Shown here piece after piece: positions 63,073-64,000 of a DNA stretch of 64,000 bases (position 1 is the first letter of the stretch; each line of letters opens with the position of its first letter). The position numbers and the translations under genes were made by a program. The DNA is from Candidatus Peregrinibacteria bacterium GW2011_GWF2_39_17. GTDB lineage: Bacteria > Patescibacteriota > Gracilibacteria > UBA1369 > UBA12473. The stretch spans positions 23,970 to 87,969 of the forward strand of contig LBWM01000001.1 in NCBI GenBank assembly GCA_000993615.1, read 5' to 3'. A model generated the notes under the pieces. It ran no database searches and was not told the DNA's origin. It saw only the letters and a list, made by a program, of their open reading frames with translations.

Positions 63073-64000
63073 ATGGGAATTGAATTTATTGACAGGTTGC
63101 GCGAACCGCCTATATTCGAGGAATATTACGCTCTTTTACCCAATCCAAATGATGGAAAAGTTAGAGATGCATTGGGGCGCTACCGAGCAGCCACCAAAGA
63201 GCGGGTTTTGCTTTTATTGGGCGATTATCCTGTGTCTTTCGGGGGTAGGATTGTAATCGCTAATGAGCAGAAACAAGCTGGCCTAGTTAAAGGGTTAGAA
63301 GGAGCCTTAAGGAGTGAGGGGCAGTTAATTAGTTCTGATAGAGTGCAGCACGGTATAAAAATAGGCGAAGGAGGTATGGCTGTTTATCGGGTGTCAGCCG
63401 GAAAACAAGGAATAACTCCTTGGAAAAGACCAGTTGTTCTTAAATTTCCTAAAAGCACAGAAATGTTAACCTTAATAACTCAAATCTCCAACCGTCAATT
63501 TTTGGATGAGCAACTTGGGCCTATCTCGACACTAAGAGGGGATATGGTCTCCTTACTAGGTATGGTTGATGTTAATTTAGAAGGCGTGATCGATAGCCTT
63601 GGTGTTGTTCCTGGTCAAGTTATGGAGTATGCCCCGTATAAGGATTTAAAGCACATTATGCTCAAGGGCGAAGTTTCTCCTCACCAAATGATTTGTTGGC
63701 TAATTCAAGCAGGAAAAACTCTTAATTTTTTGCATAGCTTAAATATTGTTCATCGCGACGTAAAACCAGATAACATTTTTATTGATCATCATGGTAAGGC
63801 TGTTTTATCAGATTATGATTTATGCCATTTCCATGGCACTAGATTACAAAATCTTGAGCCGGATGATAATCTTGTTAGAGGAAGTTTACCCTATACCCCA
63901 AGTTCGAATAAACGTGAAAATCAAGAGATTATGAAGGAATCTGATATTCATGCTTATGGGTGGACTATTTTAGGAGCTCTCGGTGTAATTAGAAAAATTT
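63073..64000 (+). CDS. Ser/Thr protein-kinase-like protein, N-terminal 309 aa (3' end beyond window)
   Basis: My own translation of frame 1 from ATG 63073; the ORF is absent from the track because it runs off the window. Gly-rich loop IGEGGMAVY, VVLKF lysine, catalytic loop IVHRDVKPDNIF, then SDYDL in place of DFG. A ~95-aa N-terminal region is unassigned. Confidence 0.7.
   Translation, partial: MGIEFIDRLREPPIFEEYYALLPNPNDGKVRDALGRYRAATKERVLLLLGDYPVSFGGRIVIANEQKQAGLVKGLEGALRSEGQLISSDRVQHGIKIGEGGMAVYRVSAGKQGITPWKRPVVLKFPKSTEMLTLITQISNRQFLDEQLGPISTLRGDMVSLLGMVDVNLEGVIDSLGVVPGQVMEYAPYKDLKHIMLKGEVSPHQMICWLIQAGKTLNFLHSLNIVHRDVKPDNIFIDHHGKAVLSDYDLCHFHGTRLQNLEPDDNLVRGSLPYTPSSNKRENQEIMKESDIHAYGWTILGALGVIRKI

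Noticed and set aside
1-64000. Alternative genetic code (UGA recoded, as in some candidate phyla)
   Set aside because: TGA terminates at least one well-defined gene: the uvrD ORF ends at 302-304. All large conserved genes are intact under the standard code.

Overview
AT-rich, gene-dense bacterial chromosomal window. It reads in the standard code: TGA is used as a stop (for example the uvrD ORF at 302-304) and the long ORFs are uninterrupted. About 45 protein genes can be supported. Housekeeping genes: maf (partial), uvrD/pcrA, hup, topA, nrdR, a dGTPase-like HD hydrolase, xerC/D, ftsE, purM, dprA, ybeY, dnaJ, ugd plus an SDR epimerase, comM/yifB, carB, pdxS-pdxT, folE and recR. There are six tRNA genes, all with an encoded CCA: Leu-CAA, Pro-GGG, Pro-TGG, Pro-CGG, Lys-TTT, Glu-CTC. 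There is one TnpA-only IS200/IS605-type element next to a PAP2 gene remnant. A large share of the window encodes envelope or surface proteins: a 1261-aa secreted protein with W-rich and CARDB-like repeats, a 1314-aa SLH-anchored S-layer-like protein, an SLH/LamG protein, an L,D-transpeptidase, a PrsW protease, and three tandem surface paralogs. The giant surface proteins, a lone T4SS-coupling-protein-like ATPase and the many orphan genes resemble uncultivated small-genome lineages (CPR/Patescibacteria-like). That placement is inference only. I found no CRISPR array, reverse transcriptase or recognisable defence operon. The most unusual observations are: (i) a surface-protein family (three tandem genes plus the S-layer gene) with a conserved, unrecognised N-terminal anchor motif and a shared C-terminal module; (ii) two paralogous HTH/coiled-coil proteins with C-terminal membrane-targeting features, each preceded by operator-like arrays, whose TAGTCAA-type sites recur densely in a 0.76-kb ORF-free spacer (dnaJ to tRNA-Glu) upstream of tRNA-Glu and the S-layer gene; (iii) two orphan ORFs next to tRNA-Lys that carry duplicated leaders; (iv) a 1453-aa protein with two cyclase-like domains and a STAND NTPase module whose Walker A lysine is missing; (v) a family of GNRA-loop hairpins shared by both IS200 ends and a distant solo copy. 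All functional calls rest on by-eye motif recognition. No searches were run.
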